From Candidatus Amesbacteria bacterium (lineage in GTDB: Bacteria; Patescibacteriota; Microgenomatia; CAZETR01; Amesbacteraceae): a stretch of 64,000 nt of DNA. The stretch covers positions 334,663-398,662 of the forward strand of contig CAVTQH010000002.1 of the NCBI GenBank assembly GCA_963736875.1. Direction: 5' to 3'. The notes under the pieces were generated by a model. It searched no databases and was not told the DNA's origin. It saw only the letters and a list, made by a program, of their open reading frames with translations. The position numbers and the translations under genes are program-made. Below, piece by piece: positions 48,003-59,320 of the stretch (its first letter is position 1; each line of letters begins with the position of its first letter).

Positions 48003-49181
48003 ATGAAGGCAGTCATCATCATTCCTACCTACAACGAAGCCGGATCAATAGGTGCGATGCTGGATTATCTGATTAATAAAACTTTTCCCCAAATCAAATC
48101 CAAAGAAGGCGGCTTAACCAAAGATTGGGAAATGGAAATATTGGTCGTGGATGATAGTTCTCCCGATGGGACAGGCAAAATCGTCGAAACCAAATCCAAG
48201 ACATCCCCCTCTATCCATTTATTGGAAAGATCAGCCAAGACCGGGATAGGTTCAGCGTATTTGGATGGTTTTAAATATGCCATGGACAAATTACATGCGG
48301 ATTATGCGTTCGAAATGGACGGAGATTTCCAGCATCCGCCTGAAACGATTCCCCTTGCACTTAAGGCACTGGAAGATGGTTACGAGTATGTGATTGGATC
48401 CCGAAAAATTTCTGGAGGAAGTAATCCCAAAGGCTGGGGTTTCAAAAGACTGTTCTTTAGTGAAGTAGGCGGTCTGACGGCCAGATTAATAATGTTTTTT
48501 CCCTTTAAACATTTTTTTGACGTTACCGATCCTACCACCGGTTTTAAAGTCACCAAAGTCAGGGGAATACTGGATAAACTTGATTTAAATGGTTCTCACT
48601 TATATTCAAAAAGCTTTGGTTATAAGTTACAGCTACTTTACGAGACACTGGCTCTGGGTGCCAAGTATAAAGAGGTTCCCTTGGAGTTTAGAGTTCGTAA
48701 TGCCGGCGAATCCAAAATCGAAGCGCAAACTGCCAGGGAAATATTATTGGTGACTATTAAACTCCGCTGGCATGATGCCTTCACCCGGAAATTTCTCAAA
48801 TTCGGGACAGTCGGTTTTATCGGTTATTTGGTTAATGCCTCAACTCTGTATTTATTTACCCGGATGGGATTTCCGGGTTGGTTTGCCTGGGGCGGTTCCA
48901 CGGAACTGGCGATAATTTCCAACTTTACCTGGAATAACATCTGGACTTTTAAAGACCAGAAAATTTCGGGTATTTCCAAATTAGCTTCAAAATTTCTGCA
49001 GTTTAATTTTACTTCCGCCGGAGCCCTCCTTATTCAGGTCGTAGTCGGTTTGATCACGGACAGGATTATCGGCAGCGGATACCGGCAAATAGTCCTGCCC
49101 TTCACTATCCTGTTTTTAATCCTGCCCTACAACTATCTGATGTACACCCTGGTTATCTGGAAAACGAAGAAACACAAGTAA
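48003..49181 (+). CDS. GT2 polyprenol-phosphate glycosyltransferase fused to a GtrA domain
   Basis: IIIPTYNE, VVDDSSPDGT, MDGDFQHPP, D.TTGF; C-terminal KFLKFGTVG..NF.WNN.WTF. Confidence 0.92.
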   Translation: MKAVIIIPTYNEAGSIGAMLDYLINKTFPQIKSKEGGLTKDWEMEILVVDDSSPDGTGKIVETKSKTSPSIHLLERSAKTGIGSAYLDGFKYAMDKLHADYAFEMDGDFQHPPETIPLALKALEDGYEYVIGSRKISGGSNPKGWGFKRLFFSEVGGLTARLIMFFPFKHFFDVTDPTTGFKVTKVRGILDKLDLNGSHLYSKSFGYKLQLLYETLALGAKYKEVPLEFRVRNAGESKIEAQTAREILLVTIKLRWHDAFTRKFLKFGTVGFIGYLVNASTLYLFTRMGFPGWFAWGGSTELAIISNFTWNNIWTFKDQKISGISKLASKFLQFNFTSAGALLIQVVVGLITDRIIGSGYRQIVLPFTILFLILPYNYLMYTLVIWKTKKHK

Positions 49182-49184
49182 GGA

Positions 49185-50258
49185 TCAGAGAAGGGGACCC
49201 CAGTCGGAAATTGCCACTGCGTTATGCAGGACAAAGTTAATAGTGTAGAAGAACAGTGGGATAATTAAAAGTCCCAAAGCCCACTTGACCTCTTTTCGGG
49301 AAAATATTTCCGCAAATCCCAGAAGTACCACCGGGACCAGAGGCAGGCTGTATCTGGCAATGTCTCTGTGAGACACAAAAAGAATTAATACGTAAAACAC
49401 CGCTCCGAATATTCCCCAGACCAGATCTTTTTTCAGCGCCCTGTATATCCCGATTCCGGCCAAAAGATATATCCAGATAATTTCTTCGAGCCAGATACTT
49501 CCCACCCAACCCTGATTAGCATCAAAGATTTTAAAAGGTAATAACTGTAAATGAATATTGTCTCCGGTATGAAAGTAAGCCCAAAAATCCCCGGTTTTGA
49601 GAAAGAAAAAGTAAGACAATGCCAGAAAAGTTAGTCCGATAATTCCCACCGGCCAGATTTTGAAATCAATTTTTTTAGTTTTTAAATAATTAATAACGGG
49701 CAGTAAACAGTAAGCCACCAGAAGAATTATTCCGGGAGACTTGGTCAGTACCGCCAGACCTCCGGTGATCCCCGAAAGCCAGTATTTCTTTTTGCCGAAA
49801 AAATAAAGCGAGGACACAACGGCTAATATAAATAGTGTCTCGGGACTGCCGACGGAGCGGACAGCCCACATCCGCGGCCACCAGAAAAGCCAGGCCAGAG
49901 TGATCCAGAACGGATCTCCCCATTTGTGCTCCTCGGCAATTTTATAGATGACATAAGTGCAGGCGACTGTTGCCAGAAGATTCACCATTACCATTGCCTG
50001 CAGATGATTCAGGCCGAGCAGGTTAACCAGGTTGATTAATAAAGGATACAGAGGAAAATGTGCCGGATAGTATTCCAAAGGCAAAGCAAATGAAAACATA
50101 TTCCGTATGATCTCCTTGTTGTACCAGGCTTTTGCCACCACGATATAATACGGACCGTCAAAATTCTGATAGATTGTTTTAGTGCCTACCGCTGCCCACA
50201 CCGCCAGCGTGCTTGCCACACAAATTATTGCCAGTTTTGAAACGTTGCTTAATTTCAT
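49185..50258 (-). CDS. GT-C fold polytopic glycosyltransferase (mannosyltransferase-like)
   Basis: NFDGPYY.VVA, AHFPLYPLL, SPETLF, LTKSPG, RDIARY; many TMs. Confidence 0.75.
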   Translation of the reverse strand: MKLSNVSKLAIICVASTLAVWAAVGTKTIYQNFDGPYYIVVAKAWYNKEIIRNMFSFALPLEYYPAHFPLYPLLINLVNLLGLNHLQAMVMVNLLATVACTYVIYKIAEEHKWGDPFWITLAWLFWWPRMWAVRSVGSPETLFILAVVSSLYFFGKKKYWLSGITGGLAVLTKSPGIILLVAYCLLPVINYLKTKKIDFKIWPVGIIGLTFLALSYFFFLKTGDFWAYFHTGDNIHLQLLPFKIFDANQGWVGSIWLEEIIWIYLLAGIGIYRALKKDLVWGIFGAVFYVLILFVSHRDIARYSLPLVPVVLLGFAEIFSRKEVKWALGLLIIPLFFYTINFVLHNAVAISDWGPLL

Positions 50259-51913
50259 ACTTTTTGATATCGGTACTTTGATCTTACCACCGGCCAGGTG
50301 ATCGACACCAATACCATTGTTAACGAAATTATGCTGATCAGATTTGCCATGCGGTTTAAAGGCGGCTCCGTCAGTCTGGTTTCCACAATATGTTTTCCTG
50401 CAGGTATTTCCATGGTCAGCAATCCGTGGCTGTAAGGATTTTCAGGATCAAATAATTTTACTTCTTTCCCGTCCACATATGCCTTCCACCCCGGCCAGTA
50501 ATGGGTTTTATTACTTAAAATCCCGCCTTGGGGGGTTTCCGTATCCAGTTTGTGATAATTTGTTTTCCAGATAAGCGATTTAACCGTAAAATCTCCCTTT
50601 TCCGTTTTTGAAGCTTCGTACTTATGTAGTTGGTTAAATTCGTCAAAAGGAGAATGCCATACCGGTGTTTCTTCCAAAAGCAGGGTATATGTTCCCCTGT
50701 AACCCAGACTGTCTTGGGCCGGATCGGTCCAAGGTAGATATTGTTGAACTTTTGCATAGTCTTTGGTTGTCAAAACCAGTATTACCCACCCCGCCAAAAG
50801 AATGATCACCTTTTTTTTGTTAGAAATCATTAATTTTGACAAAAAGTAAGTTCCGCAAAAAACCGCCGCAGTGGTTGATACAAATAGCAATCGCCAGGGA
50901 AATTGCACTGCCCTGAGGGGAGTTAGAATTTTCCAAAACGGTAGACTTGATTGCGTCATCATAAATATCGCAATGGCAAACACCGCAAAAAAGTAGATGC
51001 TGAGTTTAAATGCCGCTTCTTTAGCAAATTTTCTTTGTCTGAAAAACCAGATACCCAACCAGCCCAGAAATATTACCAACACCCCGGCTCCCAGCTGAAC
51101 GGACATATTTACCCGACCGGTGGATCCGATTCCCTCATAACTCCACGGCGAATAAATCAGCTGTTTAATCGTCACAAAACCGTTTTTCTCCAGAAAGTAA
51201 TTTTCAATCCGGTCAAGATATGTCAGGTTTTTATACAAAATTGCCGGGAGAATATAAAAAGCTGCATTCAAATATCCCCAGGCTATGGCAGTGATTCTTT
51301 TAATATCAAACCCCGTATATCCGATCCAAATCACCCCGAAAATCAGACCGTAAAAAGGGTGGGCCAAATATCACCAGCGTAATCATCAGAGCTGCTATTG
51401 CGATCGATTTCCAGCTTTTCCGCGGTTTTATCAATCGCCCAGAAGGATAGAGGTAGAATCGTGGCAGCCACCGTTTCTCCGAGTGCCCCCCGGACATAGA
51501 CATTTGCCAGATGATAGGGCAGGTATGCATAAGTAAGTCCACCCAAAAAACTTGGCCATGAACCGAAATGCCGCTTAAGCCAGAGATAGGCAAAAAAAGC
51601 ACTGAACGGAAAGGACATGGCCAGAACCAGTTTAAATGCCGTAACCGGGTCGACTCCCGAAAGCATTACAGCCGAAGTCAGATAATAAGGTAGGGTATAG
51701 GAAAAGGTAAAAGTGGGCTGTCCCAGACCGTAATTCAGTCTTTTTGCCCACCGGGGAGGGAAATTACCGTCTTTTAATGCGTTGAAAAATTCCTACCGAT
51801 TTAAATACGGTTGCTTCCCCGTCGTGTCCGGAAATCATTCCCGGATGCCTCAGGGCTTTATAAGCCGGAAAGGTTAATCCCAAAAAAAGCAAAAAGATCA
51901 GAAGATTTTTCAC
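50255..51913 (-). CDS. GT-C-type membrane protein (PTPS-related/YfhO-like), broken by three one-base frameshifts near 51793, 51420 and 51368
   Basis: Reconstructed HDG...DGNFPPRWA..LNYGLG.P.F, Y.PYHLAN.YVRGALGE, QFPWR, YWPGWKAYVDG; GTG start 7 nt after TATAAT. Confidence 0.75.
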
Positions 51914-51959
51914 CTTCTAAATTATACTCAACCGGGGTGATTTTGGTATGATTAGCCAA

Positions 51960-52661
51960 ATGATAGGGGAGCTTTCAGTCTTTTTTCCCTGCTACAACGA
52001 GCAGGATAATATCGAACAAACGGTAAAAAAAGCCAAACCCGTTTGTAAAAAATATTTCAAAAACTGGGAAATGCTTTTGGTCAACGACGGCTCCAAAGAC
52101 AAAACAGGGGAGATAATTGATAGTCTGGCAAAAAGTGACCGAAATGTAAAACCTATTCATCATCATCCCAACCGGGGTTACGGCGCGGCTTTAAAAAGCG
52201 GATTTTATTCCGCCAAATATCCCTGGGTGGCATTTACGGATGCCGACGGCCAGTTTGATTTTAAGGAGATTTCGGAGTTTATTGCCACTCAGGAAAAGAC
52301 CAAAGCCGATCTGGTAATCGGGTATTACCGTCACCGGCAGGTACCTTTTTCCCGGAAACTGAATTCTTTCATGTGGCAGGTGGTGGTATTTCTGCTTTTC
52401 GGTCTCAGAGTCCGCGATATCGATTGCGGTTTCAAGCTTATTTCCACCAGGGTTTTTAATACCATTCCCAAACTGGAATCGGAAAGAGGAGCCTTTATCA
52501 GCAGTGAATTATTAATCAAAGCCAGAAAGGCCGGATTTAAGATTGTGGAAATTCCCGTCACCCACTATCCGAGAGTTGTCGGTCACGGCACGGGTGCGGA
52601 TTTAAACGTCATTATTAAAAGTTTTCTGGATCTTTTCCGTTTATGGTTCAAACTGCATTAA
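51960..52661 (+). CDS. GT2 family glycosyltransferase (polyprenol-phosphate sugar synthase-like)
   Basis: SVFFPCYNE, VNDGSKD.T, NRGYGAALKSG, FTDADGQF, DIDCGFK. Confidence 0.92.
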   Translation: MIGELSVFFPCYNEQDNIEQTVKKAKPVCKKYFKNWEMLLVNDGSKDKTGEIIDSLAKSDRNVKPIHHHPNRGYGAALKSGFYSAKYPWVAFTDADGQFDFKEISEFIATQEKTKADLVIGYYRHRQVPFSRKLNSFMWQVVVFLLFGLRVRDIDCGFKLISTRVFNTIPKLESERGAFISSELLIKARKAGFKIVEIPVTHYPRVVGHGTGADLNVIIKSFLDLFRLWFKLH

Positions 52662-54107
52662 AACGCCGGGAAATAATCTGCCTGGCAGTTATTCTGTTGG
52701 TCTGCAGCGTTTCTGCGCCTTTACAAAATCCCGGATTACATGACTTTTCTGGGAGATGAAGGACGGGATGCGCTGGTGATGCGAAATATTGTTTTGGGAA
52801 GGCATTTTCCCCTGATCGGCCCCGGCACCTCCATCGGCAATATGTATCTGGGTCCTCTCTATTATTATCTGGTTGCCCCGTCGCTTCTTATTTCCGGCTT
52901 TTCTCCTCTCGGCCCGGCAGTTGAAGTGGCTGTCATCGGGATTCTGACGGTCGGTCTGCTGTGGTGGATAGGCAGGCAATGGTTCGGACCATTCGGAGCT
53001 CTTTTAATATCGGCTCTTTATGCAGTTTCCCCGGTGGTGATCACTTATTCCCGCTCTTCATGGAATCCGAATATCATGCCGTTTTTTGCCTTGCTTACAA
53101 TCTACAGTCTGTGGCAGGTATGGCGCAATCACCGCTGGCCCTGGCTGATCGTCTCAGCCGTCGCTTTCGCTTTTGTTCTTAACTCTCATTATTTAGGTCT
53201 GTTACTCGCTCCCACAATTGGAATATTTTGGCTGATTACCGCTAAAAAATCTTTAAAGACCTCAATCGTGTCCTTCCTATTACTATTACTACTACTATCC
53301 CCCCTGCTTATTTTTGACATGCGCCACAATTGGACAAATTTTAATGCCCTTAAAGCTTTTCTTACGGACCGCCAGCAGACTGTAAATTTCAAAGCCTACA
53401 AAGCCATACCCAATCTTTGGCCTATATGGGCGGATATCAACACCACTCTGCTTGCCGCCGGAAATATTCAGTTGGGATTTATCACGTCCGCGTTGCTGGT
53501 TCTATTACCGGTTCTGATACTGGTTAAACAATTAAAGTCGAAAAATATCTCACCTGAGTTAATGTTGGTTATGGTTTGGATAGGGTTTGGTCTTTTAGGA
53601 CTCGGCCTTTACAAGCAGCATATTTATGCCCATTACTACGGTTTTATTTTTCCCGCCCCCTTTCTGCTTTTAGGTTCTATTTTTAAATATTCCCATCGTC
53701 TTCTAAAATATCTTTTAGCCGGATTTATACTTTTCCTTCTGCTGTTTAATTTAATAAACAACCCCTTTCGCTCCTCGCCCAATCTGCAGCTGGAGCGGAC
53801 TTCGCAAATAGCCTTAGTAATAAACCAACAGGCTCTGGGGCAACCTTTTAATCTGGCCCTGATTGCCAAAACCAATTATGATGCCGGATACCGCTATGCC
53901 CTGCAATTATTGGATAGTCCTTACTTTACTATCCATGACCAACTGGCTGAACAGTTATTTGTCATCTGCGAAATTGACTGTGAACCGATAAATAATCCGC
54001 TGTGGGAAGTCGCCGCTTTCGGGTGGGCAAAAATTGATAAGATTTGGGAATTCCCCTGGGGGGGAGTCAAGCTTTATCGGTTAATTCATAATCCGTCCGG
54101 ATCATGA
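52643..54107 (+). CDS. GT39/ArnT-like GT-C glycosyltransferase (one-base frameshift near 52702)
   Basis: FLRLY....MTFLGDEGRD, GP.TS.G..YLGPLYYY, SRSSWNPN; N-terminal TM lies in another frame from ATG 52643. Confidence 0.85.
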
Positions 54108-55579
54108 AAAAAACATTTATCATAACCATTATTTTGGCCCTGGCCTTGTTTTTACGTACATATCGGGCTTCCGTCCTGACCGGCTTTTATTTTGACCAGG
54201 GAAGGGATGCCAAAATAATTTGGGATTTATGGCATTCGCACAAATTTTTCCTCATCGGTCCCACTACCGGAATAGAAGGCATTTTTCTCGGCCCCTTTTA
54301 TTATTATCTGATTGCGCCTTTCTATCTTTTGGGAAACGGGAATCCGGTCGCCGCGGCAGTCGGCCTGGCCTTAATCTGCACGATCGGGATTATTGTCATC
54401 TATGAAATCGGCCGGAAGTACTTTAATCCGGTTGCCGGTTTTATTACCGCAATACTGGCGGCCTGTTCTCTGAGTATGGTCCAGTCTCACCGCTGGCTGT
54501 CCAACCCCACTCCTTTATATTTGTCTTCCGCCCTGGCCCTGCTGCTGCTTCTCAAAATTGTCTTCGGTTCCAAATCCGGATGGGTCTGGTTTCTCTTTGG
54601 TTTAATGCTGGGGGTCAGCCTTCATTTCGAAGCGGCTTCTGCCGTATTTTTCCTGCCCGCCACCCTTCTGATTTTTTTGTGGTTCAGAAAAGACATAGTC
54701 TGGCAATTTAAAAACCTGATTCATCTGGCTTTTGCATTCCTGATCACTCTGCTTCCCCAGATAATTTTTGATCTCAGGCACGACCATATCCTGGCTTTGG
54801 CCTTCGGGAAGTTTCTGATAACGGAGAAAAGTTTCACCCCGTCCGGAAGCGGATTTATTTTGGATCGCCTGAACTTTTATTATCAGTCATTTTCGAGTCT
54901 TATCACCCTGGATAAAACCCCGGCAATTGTGATTTCCTTATTATTACTGCTGTTAACTGTTATTGTTTGGCGCTTTATACCCAAAAAACCGCTGACGGTC
55001 GTCCTCATTTGGCTTCTTACTCCCATGTTCTTTTTGCTGCTGTACCGGGGGAATTACGGTTATGTCTGGAGCTATTACTTTACCGGAGTATATTTGGTTT
55101 TTATGCTTTTAACCGGTGTGGTTTTATCCTATGCATATACCTGTCCCCGGATTCCTTTCCGTAAAGGTTTGGTGGGTGTTTTAGTCTCTTATTTTCTTGT
55201 CTGGAATGGTTTTCATCTTTATCATTACCTGCGCGCCAATCCGGACGGACCGGAAGCCATAATGCTGGGTTCGTCTTTACCGGCTGTTGACTGGGTTTTT
55301 AAGGATGCCGGCGACCGGTCTTTCAATGTTGACGTTTATGTTCCTCCGGTGATATCCCATGCCTATGATTACCTGTTTCTCTGGCGGGGTGATACCCGTT
55401 ACCGCCGTCAGCCGTCTTCCGACCTTCAGCCGCTGCTTTACACTCTTTATGAAGTCGATCCTCCACATCCCGAGCGTTTGGAAGCCTGGCTGACGCGTCA
55501 GGCCGGTATAGCCGTTCCCAAAACCAGTATTAAATTCGGCGGGGTTACGGTAGACCGGCGTCAGCGGATCAATAAATGA
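54104..55579 (+). CDS. GT39/ArnT-like GT-C glycosyltransferase
   Basis: FLR.Y....F.FDQGRD, LIGPTTG..GIFLGPFYYY, WLSNPT; many TMs. Confidence 0.88.
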   Translation: MKKTFIITIILALALFLRTYRASVLTGFYFDQGRDAKIIWDLWHSHKFFLIGPTTGIEGIFLGPFYYYLIAPFYLLGNGNPVAAAVGLALICTIGIIVIYEIGRKYFNPVAGFITAILAACSLSMVQSHRWLSNPTPLYLSSALALLLLLKIVFGSKSGWVWFLFGLMLGVSLHFEAASAVFFLPATLLIFLWFRKDIVWQFKNLIHLAFAFLITLLPQIIFDLRHDHILALAFGKFLITEKSFTPSGSGFILDRLNFYYQSFSSLITLDKTPAIVISLLLLLLTVIVWRFIPKKPLTVVLIWLLTPMFFLLLYRGNYGYVWSYYFTGVYLVFMLLTGVVLSYAYTCPRIPFRKGLVGVLVSYFLVWNGFHLYHYLRANPDGPEAIMLGSSLPAVDWVFKDAGDRSFNVDVYVPPVISHAYDYLFLWRGDTRYRRQPSSDLQPLLYTLYEVDPPHPERLEAWLTRQAGIAVPKTSIKFGGVTVDRRQRINK

Positions 55580-57088
55580 AAAATATTCTAATTCCGGTAC
55601 TTCTCATAGCCCTGATTCTCGGTCTGATACTTCGCGGCTATCAGTTTAAAGAGAGATTTTTGTATGCACATGACAACGATCTGGCCGGCTGGATTGTTAA
55701 AGATATTGTCATCGATCACCATCCTGCGTCTAATCGGTCAGGAAACTTCTGCCAAAGGGATTTTTATCGGCCCTCTCTTTTATTATTCGCTGATTCCGTT
55801 TTACCTGATTACCGGCATGGATCCGATTGGATCACGGATATATTCCCTGATTATCGGTTTGACTGCCATCTGCAGTCTGTATTTTGTCGTCAACAGGCTT
55901 TATGGCCGCCGCCCGGCCGGCATTGCCTCTCTCATTTATGCGGTTTCGTTTCTAATTTCCCAGACTGAACGGGAAGTCGTCCCCACCACTACCGTCATGT
56001 TGTGGTCAATCTGGTTTTATTATTCAGTCAATCTTATTTTCCGGGCAAAAAAGTCCGGTCTGCTTTTAGCTTCCTTTTTACTGGGTTTGGTCTGGCATAT
56101 CAATTTAGCCCTGATTCTGCTTTCTCCTCTGGTAATCCTGGGTGTATTCCTAAATCACAAAAAATATCTTCTCAGAGATTTTTTCAAACCGGTCATCATT
56201 CTGTTAATTATGTCACTGCCACTGTTTATTTTTGAAATCCGTCATAACTTTTTACAGACCAGATCGCTTTTTGGTACAGTTTTTGAAAATTCCGCCGTTT
56301 CAGGCATCCCTGCGGTCTCTTTTTCGGACAAAGTTTCACACGTGGTAAGTTTTGCTTTCAAAAACGCCACCCGGATATTTTTTATTCCGGAATTTGTTTT
56401 TCCTGAAAATATTATTCCCGTATTTCTCACAATCATGCTGCTGGTACTGGTGATCACCCGCAGGATCCCCGGATATACAGGAACAATTTTTATTTTATGG
56501 ATGGGTCTGTATATTCTTTTCTTTACTCTTCACCCCATAAATCTTTCCGAATATTACTTAAACGGGATGAATATATTTTGGCTGATTATTGCCGCTGTCA
56601 CTATGGGCAGAATCCTGCCCAAATTTATATCCGCCGCAGTTCTTTGTTTTCTTATTTTTTACAACCTGAATATGTTTCTTTCTTCCCCGATAAACGCCAG
56701 CGGATATTTACCGAAGAAGGCATTGATGGAATTTATCTATACTGATGCCGCAGCGCACGATTATCCCTGCGTCGCCTTTTCCTACATCACCAACCCCGGT
56801 TATCAGTTCGGATACCGTTATTTTATTTATCTGAAGGGTTTGAAAACCGCTCCGCCTTCATCCGGAGCCCCGGTTTATTCGGTGGTCTTTCCGCATTCCT
56901 TGGTTGACCGGATAGATAAATCTTTCGGAGCCATAGGGCTGGTTTTACCCAGATATTCCCGCTATGATCAGGAGGCGGTACAAGTCAGTTGTTCGGGTGA
57001 AAACTCGAATCTGACCGATCCCATGTTCGGCTTTACGATACCAAGTAAATATGTCCGTGTATCTTTCAGTTATCGTTACCAACTATAA
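55576..57088 (+). CDS. GT39/ArnT-like GT-C glycosyltransferase (one-base frameshift near 55723)
   Basis: LR.Y......YAHDND...IDHH joined to LRLIGQETS..GIFIGPLFYY; paralogous to the two upstream genes. Confidence 0.82.
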
Positions 57089-57797
57089 CGAAGAGGAAAA
57101 CCTCAAAAAAGGGGCATTGGATGAGATTTATGATTATTTGAAATCCCAGGACTATTCCTTCGAAATGGTACTGGTCAATGACGGTTCCGCGGATTCAACT
57201 CTGACTTTGTTAAACGCTTTCTCCAAAAACCACCCGGAAGCAAGGGTGATCAATAATCCTCATATGGGTAAGGCTGCCGGAGTCATCACCGGAGCCCTGG
57301 CGGGGATCGGGGAGATTATTCTTTTTACCGATACCGATCAATCCACTCCCATTTCAGAATTTGCCAAGTTCATTCCGTTATTTGAGCAGGGTAAGGCCAT
57401 AGTTATCGGGTCCCGGCCCAGCCGTCCCGGAGCTCCGCTGTTCCGCCAGATATTGGCCTTGGGTATGGTTGTCCTGCGGACTCTGGTTTTACAGCTTCCG
57501 TACCGGGATACCCAGTGCGGATTCAAGGCTCTGACTGCAGAATCTGCCCAAAAAATATTTTCCGCCATGAAACGGATTCATCCGCTCAAAGCCATCGGCT
57601 ACCCGACCACCAATCCGGGTTTTGACCTGGAAATTTTATACCTGGCTCGAAAATACGGATATGAGGTGGGAGTTGTACCCGTGCAATGGTCATACCGTGA
57701 AAGCAAGCGGGTCACCTTTTTCAAAGACGCAATTAACGGCATCAAAGAATTATTACTGGTCCGCTGGCGGTCTCTGACCAATGCTTACCGGAATTGA
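57051..57797 (+). CDS. GT2 dolichyl-phosphate glucosyltransferase-like protein
   Basis: LSVIV..YNEE, VNDGSADST, HMGKA, FTDTDQSTP, DTQCGFKA, FDLEIL. Confidence 0.9.
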   Translation: MSVYLSVIVTNYNEEENLKKGALDEIYDYLKSQDYSFEMVLVNDGSADSTLTLLNAFSKNHPEARVINNPHMGKAAGVITGALAGIGEIILFTDTDQSTPISEFAKFIPLFEQGKAIVIGSRPSRPGAPLFRQILALGMVVLRTLVLQLPYRDTQCGFKALTAESAQKIFSAMKRIHPLKAIGYPTTNPGFDLEILYLARKYGYEVGVVPVQWSYRESKRVTFFKDAINGIKELLLVRWRSLTNAYRN

Positions 57798-57799
57798 AT

Positions 57800-59320
57800 A
57801 TGCCAACAAAATCCCGGCTTAATCCCAGATACCGGATTGTTCTGTTAATCACAGCCGGAATTCTCGTACTTGCTGCCGTCATCCGTTTTACTCATCTGAC
57901 TCTGCTGCCGGTTTTTGCCGATGAATCGATTTACCTTCGCTGGGCTCAGGTCATGCGGGCGGAATCCACTTTGAGATTTTTACCTCTTTCGGACGGTAAA
58001 CAGCCTTTATTTATGTGGGCGGTGATTCCGTTTATGAAATTTATATCCGACCCCTTATTGGCCGGCAGGGTATTTTCCGCGCTTTGCGGTTTGTTTACCA
58101 CAATTGGAATCGGGGTGGCGGGTTATATCCTTTTTTCCAACTTCAGGCTGGCTTTATCCGCATCTCTTTTATGGGCGGTTATTCCCTATGCCGTATTTTT
58201 TGACCGGATGGCTTTGGCCGATGGACTCCTCGCCATGTTTATGGTCTGGACTTTCGTATTTTCCGTCCTGTCACTTCGGTATCTGCGGTGGGATTTGTCC
58301 ATGCTTGCGGGATTTACTTTGGGCTTCGCCTGGCTGACCAAATCTCCGGCCATATTTGCTATGGTTTTGATCCCGGCGGGTTTATTGCTGGTGGAGTGGA
58401 AACATCTCAGGGGGATCAGAAAGGTTGTTCCTCTGATTCTGATCGGTACCACTTTTATTATCGGATTTGCCATGTATAACATTCTGCGTTTGGGACCCGA
58501 GTTTCATCAGATAGCTTTAAGAAACCGGGATTATGTTTTTCCGTTATCTGAGGTTATCTCCCACCCCACTGATCCGTTGATACCCCATTTACGCGATGCA
58601 ATCGGTTTTTACCTGTATCTTGTCACTCCGCTGGGCTTGGGTTTTGCTCTTTTGGGAATAGCCGAGGGAGGTTTGCGCCATTGGCGTCAGCGGTTGATTT
58701 TACTGCTGTGGTGGCTGGTACCGGTTATTTCCCAGTCATTTGTAGCCAAAGCGTTTACTGCCCGGTATCTGCTGTTTACGGTTCCGTTTTCGCTGATACT
58801 GGCTTCCCATGGATTATGGCATTTCGGTGACCGGACTCAAAAACACTTCCTTTCCCTGACAGGTTTGATATTAGTCGTCTGTTTAAGTTTGGGATATGAC
58901 TATTTGCTTTTAACTGATCCTCAAAAAGCTCCGTTGCCGCGGATTGAACGTTCGGGATATATGGAGGAGTGGACGGCAGGTTACGGCCTGAAAGAGGCAG
59001 CCGGTCAAATCAGAAGCAGTGCGGCTTCAGGGCCGGTAGTTATCGGTTCCGAAGGTTACTTCGGGACTCCTTTCAGTGCCATGCAAATGTACTTAAATGA
59101 TGTTTCAAACGTCCGGATAGTCGGATTAGGAACGGTTTTAGGTTATCCCGATCCCAAGCTTACTTCAGCCCGGGCGGAAAATCAGATTTTTGTAGTATTC
59201 AATTCCACCCGCATTCCCCGCGATCCGGCAGACTTGGGTTACGAAATTCTGGGTTCCTACCCCAAAGCCGTCCGTCCGGACGGCTCCCGTGAATATCTGC
59301 TTCTGATGAAATTGAAATGA
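57800..59320 (+). CDS. GT39-like GT-C glycosyltransferase
   Basis: LPVFADESIY.RWAQ, DGKQPL..W, FFDRMALAD, LTKSP, RYLLF. Confidence 0.85.
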   Translation: MPTKSRLNPRYRIVLLITAGILVLAAVIRFTHLTLLPVFADESIYLRWAQVMRAESTLRFLPLSDGKQPLFMWAVIPFMKFISDPLLAGRVFSALCGLFTTIGIGVAGYILFSNFRLALSASLLWAVIPYAVFFDRMALADGLLAMFMVWTFVFSVLSLRYLRWDLSMLAGFTLGFAWLTKSPAIFAMVLIPAGLLLVEWKHLRGIRKVVPLILIGTTFIIGFAMYNILRLGPEFHQIALRNRDYVFPLSEVISHPTDPLIPHLRDAIGFYLYLVTPLGLGFALLGIAEGGLRHWRQRLILLLWWLVPVISQSFVAKAFTARYLLFTVPFSLILASHGLWHFGDRTQKHFLSLTGLILVVCLSLGYDYLLLTDPQKAPLPRIERSGYMEEWTAGYGLKEAAGQIRSSAASGPVVIGSEGYFGTPFSAMQMYLNDVSNVRIVGLGTVLGYPDPKLTSARAENQIFVVFNSTRIPRDPADLGYEILGSYPKAVRPDGSREYLLLMKLK